From the human T2T-CHM13v2.0 reference genome, Homo sapiens: 64,000 nucleotides of DNA. The stretch lies in assembly GCF_009914755.1 (NCBI RefSeq), contig NC_060936.1; one strand, written 5' to 3'. Below are positions 14,101-27,510 of this stretch, one piece after another; the stretch's first letter is position 1; every line of letters starts with the position of its first letter. A program made the position numbers and the translations under genes. Under the pieces are notes generated by a model that saw only the letters and a program-made list of their open reading frames with translations, did not search any database and was not told where the DNA came from.

Positions 14101-17100
14101 GATATTTCCTTTTATACATTTGGCCTAAAAGCGATTGAAATCTCCACCTGCAAATATCACAAAAAGAGGGTTTCACATCTGCTCTGTCTAAAGGACAGTT
14201 CACCTCTGTGAGTTGAATAGAGGCAACACAAAGAACTTACTCAGTATTCTTCTTTCTAGCATTCTATGAAGAAATCCCGTTTCCAACGAAGGCCTCAAAG
14301 AGGTCCAAATATCTGCTTGCAGACTTTACAGACAGAGTTTTTCCAAACTGCTCCATCAAAAGAAAGGTTAAACTCCTTGAGTTGAACACACACATCACAA
14401 AGTAGTTTCTGTGAATGATTCTGTCTAGTTTTTATACGAAGATGTTTCCTTTTCTACCTTTGGTCTCAAAGCGATTGAAATCTCCACATGGAAACTCCAC
14501 CAAAAGAGTGTTTCAAATCTGCTCTTTCTGAAGGAAGGTTCAACTCTGTGAGTTGAATACAGACACCACAAATAAGTTACTGAGAATTGTTCTGTGTAAC
14601 ATTATATGAGGAAATCCCGTTTCCAACGAAGGCCTCAAAGAGGTCCAAATATCCACTTGCAGACTTTACAAAGACAGTGTCTCCAAACTCCTCCATCAAA
14701 AGAAAGGTTATACTCTGTGAATTGAACGCACACATCACAAAGTAGTTTCTGAGAATGATTCTGTCTAGTTTTTATACGAAGATATTTCCTTTTATACATT
14801 TGGCCTAAAAGCGATTGAAATCTCCACCTGCAAATATCACAAAAAGAGGGTTTCACATCTGCTCTGTCTAAAGGACAGTTCACCTCTGTGAGTTGAATAG
14901 AGGCAACACAAAGAACTTACTCAGTATTCTTCTTTCTAGCGTTCTATGAAGAAATCCCGTTTCCAACGAAGGCCTCAAAGAGGTCAAATATCTGCTTGCA
15001 GACTTTACAGACAGAGTGTTTCCAAACTACTCTATGAAAAGAAAGCTTAAACTCCTTGAGTTGAAGGCACACATCACAAAGTAGTTTCTGAGAATCATTC
15101 TGTCTAGTTTTTATACGAAGATGTTTCCCTTTCTACAATTGGTCTCAAAGCGATTGAAATCTCCAACTGGAAACTGCACAAATAGGCTGTTTCAAATCTG
15201 CTCTGTCTAAAAGAGGGTTCAACTCTGTGAGTTGAATACACACAGCACAAATAAGTTACTGAGAATTCTTCTGTCGAACATTACAGGAAGAAATCCCGTT
15301 TCCAACGAAGGCCTCAAAGAGGTCCAAATATCCACTTGCAGACATTACAAACAGTGTGTTTCCCAACTGCTCCATCAAAAGAAAGGTTAAACTCTGTGAG
15401 CTGAACACACACATCAAAAAGAAGTTTCTGTGAATGATTCTGTCTAGATTTTATAAGAAGATGTTTCCTTTTCTACAGTAGGCCTCAAGGCGCTTGAAAT
15501 CTCCAGCTGCAAATTCCACAAAAAGGGTGTTTAACATCTACTCTTCTAAAGGAAAGTTCAACTCTATGAGTTGAATACACACAGCACAAAGAAGTTACTG
15601 AGACTTCTCCTATCAAACATTATATGAAGAAATCCCGTTTCCAACGAAGGCCTCAAAGAGGACCAAATATCTGCTTGCAGACTTTACAGACAGAGTGTTT
15701 CCAAACTGCTCCATCAAAAGAAAGGTTAAACTCCTTGAGTTGAACACACACATCACAAAGTAGTTTCTGTGAATGATTCTGTCTAGTTTTTATACGAAGA
15801 TGTTTGCTTTTCTACCTTTGGTCTCAAAGCGATTGAAATCTCCACATGGAAACTCCACAAAAAGAGTGTTTCAAATCTGCTCTTTCTGAAGGAAGGTTCA
15901 ACTCTGTGAGTTGAATACACACACCACAAATAAGTTACTGAGAATTCTTCTGTGTAACATTATATGAGGAAATCCCGTTTCCAACGAAGGCCTCAAAGAG
16001 GTCCAAATATCCACTTGCAGACTTTACAAAGACAGTGTCTCCAAACTCCTCCATCAAAAGAAAGGTTATACTCTGTGAATTGAACGCACACATCACAAAG
16101 TAGTTTCTGAGAATGATTCTGTCTAGTTTTTATACGAAGATATTTCCTTTTATACATTTGGCCTAAAAGCGATTGAAATCTCCACCTGCAAATATCACAA
16201 AAAGAGGGTTTCACATCTGCTCTGTCTAAAGGACAGTTCACCTCTGTGAGTTGAATAGAGGCAACACAAAGAACTTACTCAGTATTCTTCTTTCTAGCAT
16301 TCTATGAAGAAATCCCGTTTCCAACGAAGGCCTCAAAGAGGTCCAAATATCTGCTTGCAGACTTTACAGACAGAGTTTTTCCAAACTGCTCCATCAAAAG
16401 AAAGGTTAAACTCCTTGAGTTGAACACACACATCACAAAGTAGTTTCTGTGAATGATTCTGTCTAGTTTTTATACGAAGATGTTTCCTTTTCTACCTTTG
16501 GTCTCAAAGCGATTGAAATCTCCACATGGAAACTCCACCAAAAGAGTGTTTCAAATCTGCTCTTTCTGAAGGAAGGTTCAACTCTGTGAGTTGAATACAG
16601 ACACCACAAATAAGTTACTGAGAATTGTTCTGTGTAACATTATATGAGGAAATCCCGTTTCCAACGAAGGCCTCAAAGAGGTCCAAATATCCACTTGCAG
16701 ACTTTACAAAGACAGTGTCTCCAAACTCCTCCATCAAAAGAAAGGTTATACTCTGTGAATTGAACGCACACATCACAAAGTAGTTTCTGAGAATGATTCT
16801 GTCTAGTTTTTATACGAAGATATTTCCTTTTCTACATTTGGCCTAAAAGCGCTTGAAATCTCCACCTGCAAATATCACAAAAAGAGGGTTTCACATCTGC
16901 TCTGTCTAAAGGACAGTTCACCTCTGTGAGTTGAATAGAGGCAACACAAAGAACTTACTCAGTATTCTTCTTTCTAGCGTTCTATGAATAAATCCCGTTT
17001 CCAACGAAGGCCTCAAAGAGGTCAAATATCTGCTTGCAGACTTTACAGACAGAGTGTTTCCAAACTACTCTATGAAAAGAAAGCTTAAACTCCTTGAGTT

Positions 17101-20100
17101 GAACGCACACATCACAAAGTAGTTTCTGAGAATGATTCTGTCTAGTTTTTATACGAAGATGTTTCCTTTTCTACATTTGGTCTCAAAGCGATTGAAATCT
17201 CCAACTGGAAACTGCACAAATAGGCTGTTTCAAATCTGCTCTGTCTAAAGGAAGGTTCAGCTCTGTGAGTTGAATACACACACCACAAATAAGTTACTGA
17301 GAATTCTTCTGTCGAACATTACAGGAAGAATTCCCGTTTCCAACGAAGGCCTCAAAGAGGTCCAAATATCCACTTGCGGACATTACAAACAGTGTGTTTC
17401 CCAACTGCTCCATCAAAAGAAAGGTTAAACTCTGTGAGCTGAACACACACATCAAAAAGAAGTTTCTGTGAATGATTCTGTCTAGATTTTATAAGAAGAT
17501 GTTTCCTTTTCTACCGTAGGCCTCAAAGCGCTTGAAATCTCCAGCTGCAAATTCCACAAAAATGGTGTTTAACATCTGCCCTTCTAAAGGAAAGTTCAAC
17601 TCTACGAGTTGAATACACACAGCACAAAGAAGTTACTGAGACTTCTCCTATCAAACATTATATGAAGAAATCCCGTTTCCAACGAAGGCCTCAAAGAGGT
17701 CCAAATATCTGCTTGCCGACTTTACAGACAGAGTGTTTCCAAACTGCTCCATCAAAAGAAAGGTTAAACTCCTTGAGTTGAACACACACATCACAAAGTA
17801 GTTTCTGTGAATGATTCTGTCTAGTTTTTATACGAAGATGTTTCCTTTTCTACCTTTGGTCTCAAAGCGATTGAAATCTCCACATGGAAACTCCACAAAA
17901 AGAGTGTTTCAAATCTGCTCTTTCTGAAGGAAGGTTCAACTCTGTGAGTTGAATACACACACCACAAATAAGTTACTGAGAATTCTTCTGTGTAACATTA
18001 TATGAGGAAATCCCGTTTCCAACGAAGGCCTCAAAGAGGTCCAAATATCCACTTGCAGACTTTACAAAGACAGTGTCTCCAAACTCCTCCATCAAAAGAA
18101 AGGTTATACTCTGTGAATTGAACGCACACATCACAAAGTAGTTTCTGAGAATGATTCTGTCTAGTTTTTATACGAAGATATTTCCTTTTCTACATTTGGC
18201 CTAAAAGCGCTTGAAATCTCCACCTGCAAATATCACAAAAAGAGGGTTTCACATCTGCTCTGTCTAAAGGACAGTTCACCTCTGTGAGTTGAATAGAGGC
18301 AACACAAAGAACTTACTCAGTATTCTTCTTTCTAGCATTCTATGAAGAAATCCCGTTTCCAACGAAGGCCCCAAAGAGGTCCAAATATCTGCTTGCAGAC
18401 TTTACAAAGACAGTGTCTCCAAACTCCTCCATCAAAAGAAAGGTTATACTCTGTGAATTGAACGCACACATCACAAAGTAGTTTCTGAGAATGATTCTGT
18501 CTAGTTTTTATACGAAGATATTTCCTTTTCTACATTTGGCCTAAAAGCGCTTGAAATCTCCACCTGCAAATATCACAAAAAGAGGGTTTCACATCTGCTC
18601 TATCTAAAGGAGAGTTCACCTCTGTGAGTTGAATAGAGGCAACACAAAGAACTTACTCAGTATTCTTCTTTCTAGCGTTCTATGAAGAAATCCCGTTTCC
18701 AACGAAGGCCTCAAAGAGGTCAAATATCTGCTTGCAGACTTTACAGACAGAGTGTTTCCAAACTACTCTATGAAAAGAAAGCTTAAACTCCTTGAGTTGA
18801 ACGCACACATCACAAAGTAGTTTCTGAGAATGATTCTGTCTAGTTTTTATACGAAGATGTTTCCTTTTCTACATTTGGTCTCAAAGCGATTGAAATCTCC
18901 AACTGGAAACTGCACAAATAGGCTGATTCAAATCTGCTCTGTCTAAAGGAAGGTTCAACTCTGTGAGTTGAATACACACACCACAAATAAGTTACTGAGA
19001 ATTCTTCTGTCGAACATTACTTGAAGAAATCCCGTTTCCAACGAAGGCCTCAAAGAGGTCCAAATATCCACTTGCAGACATTACAAACAGAGTGTTTCCA
19101 AACTGCTCCATCAAAAGAAAGGTTAAACTCTGTGAGCTGAACACACACATCAAAAAGAAGTTTCTGTGAATGATTCTGTCTAGATTTTATAAGAAGATGT
19201 TTCCTTTTCTACCGTAGGCCTCAAAGCGCTTGAAATCTCCACCTGCAAATTCCACAAAAAGGGTGTTTAACATCTGCTCTTCTAAAGGAAAGTTCAACTC
19301 TATGAGTTGAATACACACAGCACAAAGAAGTTACTGAGACTTCTCCTATCAAACATTATATGAAGAAATCCCGTTTCCAACGAAGGCCTCAAAGAGGTCC
19401 AAATATCTGCTTGCAGACTTTACAGACAGAGTGTTTCCAAACTGCTCCATCAAAAGAAAGGTTAAACTCCTTGAGTTGAACACACACATCACAAAGTAGT
19501 TTCTGTGAATGATTCTGTCTAGTTTTTATACGAAGATGTTTCCTTTTCTACCTTTGGTCTCAAAGCGATTGAAATCTCCACATGGAAACTCCACAAAAAG
19601 AGTGTTTCAAATCTGCTCTTTCTGAAGGAAGGTTCAACTCTGTGAGTTGAATACACACACCACAAATAAGTTACTGAGAATTCTTCTGTGTAACATTATA
19701 TGAGGAAATCCCGTTTCCAACGAAGGCCTCAAAGAGGTCCAAATATCCACTTGCAGACTTTACAAAGACAGTGTCTCCAAACTCCTCCATCAAAAGAAAG
19801 GTTATACTCTGTGAATTGAACGCACACATCACAAAGTAGTTTCTGAGAATGATTCTGTCTAGTTTTTATATGAAGATATATCCTTTTCTACATTTGGCCT
19901 AAAAGCGCTTGAAATCTCCACCTGCAAATATCACAAAAAGAGGGTTTCACATCTGCTCTGTCTAAAGGACAGTTCACCTCTGTGAGTTGAATAGAGGCAA
20001 CACAAAGAACTTACTCAGTATTCTTCTTTCTAGCGTTCTATGAAGAAATCCCGTTTCCAACGAAGGCCTCAAAGAGGTCAAATATCTGATTGCAGACTTT

Positions 20101-22756
20101 ACAGACAGAGTGTTTCCAAACTACTCTATGAAAAGAAAGCTTAAACTCCTTGAGTTGAACGCACACATCACAAAGTAGTTTCTGAGAATGATTCTGTCTA
20201 GTTTTTATACGAAGATGTTTCCTTTTCTACATTTGGTCTCAAAGCGATTGAAATCTCCAACTGGAAACTGCACAAATAGGGTGTTTCAAATCTGCTCTGT
20301 CTAAAGGAAGGTTCAACTCTGTGAGTTGAATACACACACCACAAATAAGTTACTGAGAATTCTTCTGTTGAACATTACATGAAGAAATCCCGTTTCCAAC
20401 GAAGGCCTCAAAGAGGTCCAAATATCCACTTGCAGACATTACAAACAGAGTGTTTCCAAACTGCTCCATCAAAGGAAAGGTTAAACTCTGTGAGCTGAAC
20501 ACACACATCGAAAAGAAGTTTCTGTGAATGATTCTGTCTAGATTTTATAAGAAGATGTTTCCTTTTCTACCGTAGGCCTCAAAGCGCTTGAAATCTCCAG
20601 CTGCAAATTCCACAAAAAGGGTGTTTAACATCTGCTCTTCTAAAGGAAAGTTCAACTCTATGAGTTGAATACACACAGCACAAAGAAGTTACTGAGACTT
20701 CTCCCATCAAACATTATATGAAGAAATCCCGTTTCCAACGAAGGCCTCAAAGAGGTCCAAATATCTGCTTGCAGACTTTACAGACAGAGTGTTTCCAAAC
20801 TGCTCCATCAAAAGAAAGATTAAACTCCTTGAGTTGAACACACACATCACAAAGTAGTTTCTGTGAATGATTCTGTCTAGTTTTTATACGAAGATGTTTC
20901 CTTTTCTACCTTTGGTCTCAAAGCGATTGAAATCTCCACATGGAAACTCCACAAAAAGAGTGTTTCAAATCTGCTCTTTCTGAAGGAAGGTCCAACTCTG
21001 TGAGTTGAATACACACACCACAAATAAGTTACTGAGAATTCTTCTGTGTAACATTATATGAGGAAATCCCGTTTCCAACGAAGGCCTCAAATAGATCCAA
21101 ATATCCACTTGCAGACTTTACAAAGACAGTGTCTCCAAACTCCTCCATCAAAAGAAAGGTTATACTCTGTGAATTGAACGCACACATCACAAAGTAGTTT
21201 CTGAGAATGATTCTGTCTAGTTTTTATATGAAGATATTTCCTTTTCTACATTTGGCCTAAAAGCGCTTGAAATCTCCACCTGCAAATATCACAAAAACAG
21301 GGTTTCACATCTGCTCTGTCTAAAGGACAGTTCACCTCTGTGAGTTGAATAGAGGCAACACAAAGAACTTACTCAGTATTCTTCTTTCTAACGTTCTATG
21401 AAGAAATCCCATTTCCAACGAAGGCCTCAAAGAGGTCCAAATATCTGCTTGCAGACTTTACAGACAGAGTGTTTCCAAACTACTCTATGAAAAGAAAGCT
21501 TAAACTCCTTGAGTTGAACGCCCACATCACAAAGTAGTTTCTGAGAATGATTCTGTCTGGTTTTTATACGAAGATGTTTCCTTTTCTACATTTGGTCTCA
21601 AAGCGATTGAAATCTCCAACTGGAAACTGCACAAATAGGGTGTTTCAAATCTGCTCTGTCTAAAGGAAGGTTCAACTCTGTGAGTTGAATACACACACCA
21701 CAAAAAAGTTACTGAGAATTCTTCTGTCGAACATTACTTGAAGAAATCCCGTTTCCAACGAAGGCCTCAAAGAGGTCCAAATATCCACTTGCAGACTTTA
21801 CAAAGACAGTGTCTCCAAACTCCTCCATCAAAAGAAAGGTTATACTCTGTGAATTGAACGCACACATCACAAAGTAGTTTCTGAGAATGATTCTGTCTAG
21901 TTTTTATACGAAGATATTTCCTTTTCTACATTTGGCCTAAAAGCGCTTGAAATCTCCACCTGCAAATATCACAAAAAGAGGGTTTCACATCTGCTCTGTC
22001 TAAAGGACAGTTCACCTCTGTGAGTTGAATAGAGGCAACACAAAGAACTTACTCAGTATTCTTCTTTCTAGCGTTCTATGAAGAAATCCCGTTTCCAACG
22101 AAGACCCCAATGAAGTCCAAATATCTGCTTGCAGACTTTACAGACAGAGTGTTTCCAAACTACTCTATGAAAAGAAAGCTTAAACTCCTTGAGTTGAACG
22201 CACACATCACAAAGTAGTTTCTGAGAATGATGCTGTCTAGTTTTTGTACGAAGATGTTTCCTTTTCTACATTTGGTCTCAAAGCGATTGAAATCTCCAAC
22301 TGGAAACTGCACAAATAGGGTGTTTCAAATCTGCTCTGTCTAAAGGAAGGTTCAACTCTGTGAGTTGAATACACACACCACAAATAAGTTACTGAGAATT
22401 CTTCTGTCGAACATTACAGGAAGAAATCCCGTTTCCAACGAAGGCCTCAAAGAGGTCCAAATATCCACTTGCAGACATTACAAACAGTGTGTTTCCAAAC
22501 TGCTCCATCAAAAGAAAGGTTAAACTCTGTGAGCTGAACACACACATCAAAAAGAAGTTTCTGTGAATGATTCTGTCTAGATTTTATAAGAAGATGTTTC
22601 CTTTTCTACCGTAGGCCTCAAAGCGCTTGAAATCTCCAGCTGCAAATTCCACAAAAAGGGTGTTTAACATCTGCTCTTCTAAAGGAAAGTTCAACTCTAT
22701 GAGTTGAATACACACAGCACAAAGAAGTTACTGAGACTTCTCCTATCAAACATTAT
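5095..22756 (-). repeat. Near-identical 8831-bp tandem duplication (5095-13925 / 13926-22756; 26 dimers each)
   Basis: Same irregular dimer order (DCDABCDCDABCDDABCDABCDADAB) and the same rare variants at a constant 8831-bp offset. ORF-track pairs 5124/13955, 5804/14635 and 7162/15993 all differ by 8831. Confidence 0.93.
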
Positions 22757-25700
22757 ATGAAGAAATCCCGTTTCCAACGAAGGCCTCAAAGAGGTCCAAA
22801 TATCTGCTTGCAGACTTTACAGACAGAGTGTTTCCAAACTGCTCCATCAAAAGAAAGGTTAAACTCCTTGAGTTGAACACACACATCACAAAGTAGTTTC
22901 TGTGAATGATTCTGTCTAGTTTTTATACGAAGATGTTTCCTTTTCTACCTTTGGTCTGAAAGCGATTGAAATCTCCACATGGAAACTCCACAAAAAGAGT
23001 GTTTCAAATCTGCTCTTTCTGAAGGAAGGTTCAACTCTGTGAGTTGAATACACACACCACAAATAAGTTACTGAGAATTCTTCTGTGTAACATTATATGA
23101 GGAAATCCCGTTTCCAACGAAGGCCTCAAAGAGGTCCAAATATCCACTTGCAGACTTTACAAAGACAGTGTCTCCAAACTCCTCCATCAAAAGAAAGGTT
23201 ATACTCTGTGAATTGAATGCACACATCACAAAGTAGTTTCTGAGAATGATTCTGTCTAGTTTTTATACGAAGATATTTCCTTTTCTACATTTGGCCTAAA
23301 AGCGCTTGAAATCTCCACCTGCAAATATCACAAAAAGAGGGTTTCACATCTGCTCTGTCTAAAGGACAGTTCACCTCTGTGAGTTGAATAGAGGCAACAC
23401 AAAGAACTTACTCAGTATTCTTCTTTCTAGCGTTCTATGAAGAAATCCCGTTTCCAACGAAGGCCCCAAAGAGGTCCAAATATCTGCTTGCAGACTTTAC
23501 AGACAGAGTGTTTCCAAACTACTCTATGAAAAGAAAGCTTAAACTCCTTGAGTTGAACGCACACATCACAAAGTAGTTTCTGAGAATGATTCTGTCTAGT
23601 TTTTATACGAAGATGTTTCCTTTTCTACATTTGGTCTCAAAGCGATTGAAATCTCCACCTGGAAACTGCACAAATAGGGTGTATCAAATCTGCTCTGTCT
23701 AAAGAAGGTTCAACTCTGTGAGTTGAATACACACACCACAAATAAGTTACTGAGAATTCTTCTGTCGAACATTACTTGAAGAAATCCCGTTTCCAACGAA
23801 GGCCTCAAAGAGGTCCAAATATCTGCTTGCAGACTTTACAGACAGAGTGTTTCCAAACTACTCTATGAAAAGAAAGCTTAAACTCCTTGAGTTGAACGCA
23901 CACATCACAAAGTAGTTTCTGAGAATGATTCTGTCTAGTTTTTATACGAAGATGTTTCCTTTTCTACATTTGGTCTCAAAGCGATTGAAATCTCCAACTG
24001 GAAACTGCACAAATAGGGTGTTTCAAATCTGCTCTGTCTAAAGGAAGGTTCAACTCTGTGAGTTGAATACACACACCACAAATAAGTTACTGAGAATTCT
24101 TCTGTCGAAAATTACTTGAAGAAATCCCGTTTCCAACTAAGGCCTCAAAGAGGTCCAAATATCCTCTTGCAGACATTACAAACAGAGTGTTTCCAAACTG
24201 CTCCATCAAAAGAAAGGTTAAACTCTGTGAGCTGAACACACACATCAAAAAGAAGTTTCTGTGAATGATTCTGTCTAGATTTTATAAGAAGATGTTTCCT
24301 TTTCTACCGTAGGCCTCAAAGCGCTTGAAATCTCCAGCTGCAAATTCCACAAAAAGGGTGTTTAACATCTGCTCTTCTAAAGGAAAGTTCAACTCAATGA
24401 GTTGAATACACACAGCACAAAGAAGTTACTGAGACTTCTCCTATCAAACATCATATGAAGAAATCCCGTTTCCAACGAAGGCCTCAAAGAGGTCCAAATA
24501 TCTGCTTGCAGACTTTACAAAGACAGTGTCTCCAAACTCCTCCATCAAAAGAAAGGTTATACTCTGTGAATTGAACGCACACATCACAAAGTAGTTTCTG
24601 AGAATGATTCTGTCTAGTTTTTATACGAAGATATTTTTTTTTCTACATTTGGCCTAAAAGCGCTTGAAATCTCCACCTGCAAATATCACAAAAAGAGGGT
24701 TTCACATCTGCTCTTTCTAAAGGACAGTTCACCTCTGTGAGTTGAATAGAGGCAACACAAAGAACTTACTCAGTATTCTTCTTTCTAGCGTTCTATGAAG
24801 AAATCCCGTTTCCAACGAAGGCCGCAAAGAGGTCAAATATCTGCTTGCAGACTTTACAGACAGAGTGTTTCCAAACTACTCTATGAAAAGAAAGCTTAAA
24901 CTCCTTGAGTTGAACGCACACATCACAAAGTAGTTTCTGAGAATCATTCTGTCTAGTTTTTATACGAAGATGTTTCCCTTTCTACAATTGGTCTCAAAGC
25001 GATTGAAATCTCCAACTGGAAACTGCACAAATAGGCTGTTTCAAATCTGCTCTGTCTAAAAGAGGGTTCAACTCTGTGAGTTGAATACACACACCACAAA
25101 TAAGTTACTGAGAATTCTTCTGTCGAACCTTACAGGAAGAAATCCCGTTTCCAACGAAGGCCTCAAAGAGGTCCAAATATCCACTTGCAGACATTACAAA
25201 CAGTGTGTTTCCCAACTGCTCCATCAAAAGAAAGGTTAAACTCTGTGAGCTGAACACACACATCAAAAAGAAGTTTCTGTGAATGATTCTGTCTAGATTT
25301 TATAAGAAGATGTTTCCTTTTCTACCGTAGGCCTCAAAGCGCTTGAAATCTCCAGCTGCAAATTCCACAAAAAGGGTGTTTAACATCTCCTCTTCTAAAG
25401 GAAAGTTCAACTCTATGAGTTGAATACACACAGCACAAAGAAGTTACTGAGACTTCTCCTATCAAACATTATATGAAGAAATCCCGTTTCCAACGAAGGC
25501 CTCAAAGAGGTCCAAATATCTGCTTGCAGACTTTACAGACAGTGTGTTTCCAAACTGCTCCATCAAAAGAAAGGTTAAACTCCTTGAGTTGAACACACAC
25601 ATCACAAAGTAGTTTGTGTGAATGATTCTGTCTAGTTTTTATACGAAGATGTTAGCTTTTCTACCTTTGGTCTCAAAGCGATTGAAATCTCCACATGGAA

Positions 25701-27510
25701 ACTCCACAAAAAGAGTGTTTCAAATCTGCTCTTTCTGAAGGAAGGTTCAACTCTGTGAGTTGAATACACACACCACAAATAAGTTACTGAGAATTCTTCT
25801 GTGTAACATTATATGAGGAAATCCCGTTTCCAACGAAGGCCTCAAAGAGGTCCAAATATCCACTTGCAGACTTTACAAAGACAGTGTCTCCAAACTCCTC
25901 CATCAAAAGAAAGGTTATACTCTGTGAATTGAACGCACACATCACAAAGTAGTTTCTGAGAATGATTCTGTCTAGTTTTTATACGAAGATATTTTTTTTT
26001 CTACATTTGGCCTAAAAGCGCTTGAAATCTCCACCTGCAAATATCACAAAAAGAGGGTTTCACATCTGCTCTTTCTAAAGGACAGTTCACCTCTGTGAGT
26101 TGAATAGAGGCAACACAAAGAACTTACTCAGTATTCTTCTTTCTAGCGTTCTATGAAGAAATCCCGTTTCCAACGAAGGCCGCAAAGAGGTCAAATATCT
26201 GCTTGCAGACTTTACAGACAGAGTGTTTCCAAACTACTCTATGAAAAGAAAGCTTAAACTCCTTGAGTTGAACGCACACATCACAAAGTAGTTTCTGAGA
26301 ATCATTCTGTCTAGTTTTTATACGAAGATGTTTCCCTTTCTACAATTGGTCTCAAAGCGATTGAAATCTCCAACTGGAAACTGCACAAATAGGCTGTTTC
26401 AAATCTGCTCTGTCTAAAAGAGGGTTCAACTCTGTGAGTTGAATACACACACCACAAATAAGTTACTGAGAATTCTTCTGTCGAACCTTACAGGAAGAAA
26501 TCCCGTTTCCAACGAAGGCCTCAAAGAGGTCCAAATATCCACTTGCAGACATTACAAACAGTGTGTTTCCCAACTGCTCCATCAAAAGAAAGGTTAAACT
26601 CTGTGAGCTGAACACACACATCAAAAAGAAGTTTCTGTGAATGATTCTGTCTAGATTTTATAAGAAGATGTTTCCTTTTCTACCGTAGGCCTCAAAGCGC
26701 TTGAAATCTCCAGCTGCAAATTCCACAAAAAGGGTGTTTAACATCTCCTCTTCTAAAGGAAAGTTCAACTCTATGAGTTGAATACACACAGCACAAAGAA
26801 GTTACTGAGACTTCTCCTATCAAACATTATATGAAGAAATCCCGTTTCCAACGAAGGCCTCAAAGAGGTCCAAATATCTGCTTGCAGACTTTACAGACAG
26901 TGTGTTTCCAAACTGCTCCATCAAAAGAAAGGTTAAACTCCTTGAGTTGAACACACACATCACAAAGTAGTTTGTGTGAATGATTCTGTCTAGTTTTTAT
27001 ACGAAGATGTTAGCTTTTCTACCTTTGGTCTCAAAGCGATTGAAATCTCCACATGGAAACTCCACAAAAAGAGTGTTTCAAATCTGCTCTTTCTGAAGGA
27101 AGGTTCAACTCTGTGAGTTGAATACACACACCACAAATAAGTTACTGAGAATTCTTCTGTGTAACATTATATGAGGAAATCCCGTTTCCAACGAAGGCCT
27201 CAAAGAGGTCCAAATATCCACTTGCAGACTTTACAAAGACAGTGTCTCCAAACTCCTCCATCAAAAGAAAGGTTATACTCTGTGAATTGAACGCACACAT
27301 CACAAAGTAGTTTCTGAGAATGATTCTGTCTAGTTTTTATACGAAGATATTTCCTTTTATACATTTGGCCTAAAAGCGCTTGAAATCTCCACCTGCAAAT
27401 ATCACAAAAAGAGGGTTTCACATCTGCTCTGTCTAAAGGACAGTTCACCTCTGTGAGTTGAATAGAGGCAACACAAAGAACTTACTCAGTATTCTTCTTT
27501 CTAGCATTCT

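Noticed and set aside
5124-27448. Seven near-identical 82-aa Cys-rich minus-strand ORFs (MNCPLDRADV...)
   Set aside because: They are translations of dimer D copies where a single SNV (ttctac>ttatac) removes a TAG stop. They start at GTG, have no gene context, and are repeated only because the satellite is duplicated.
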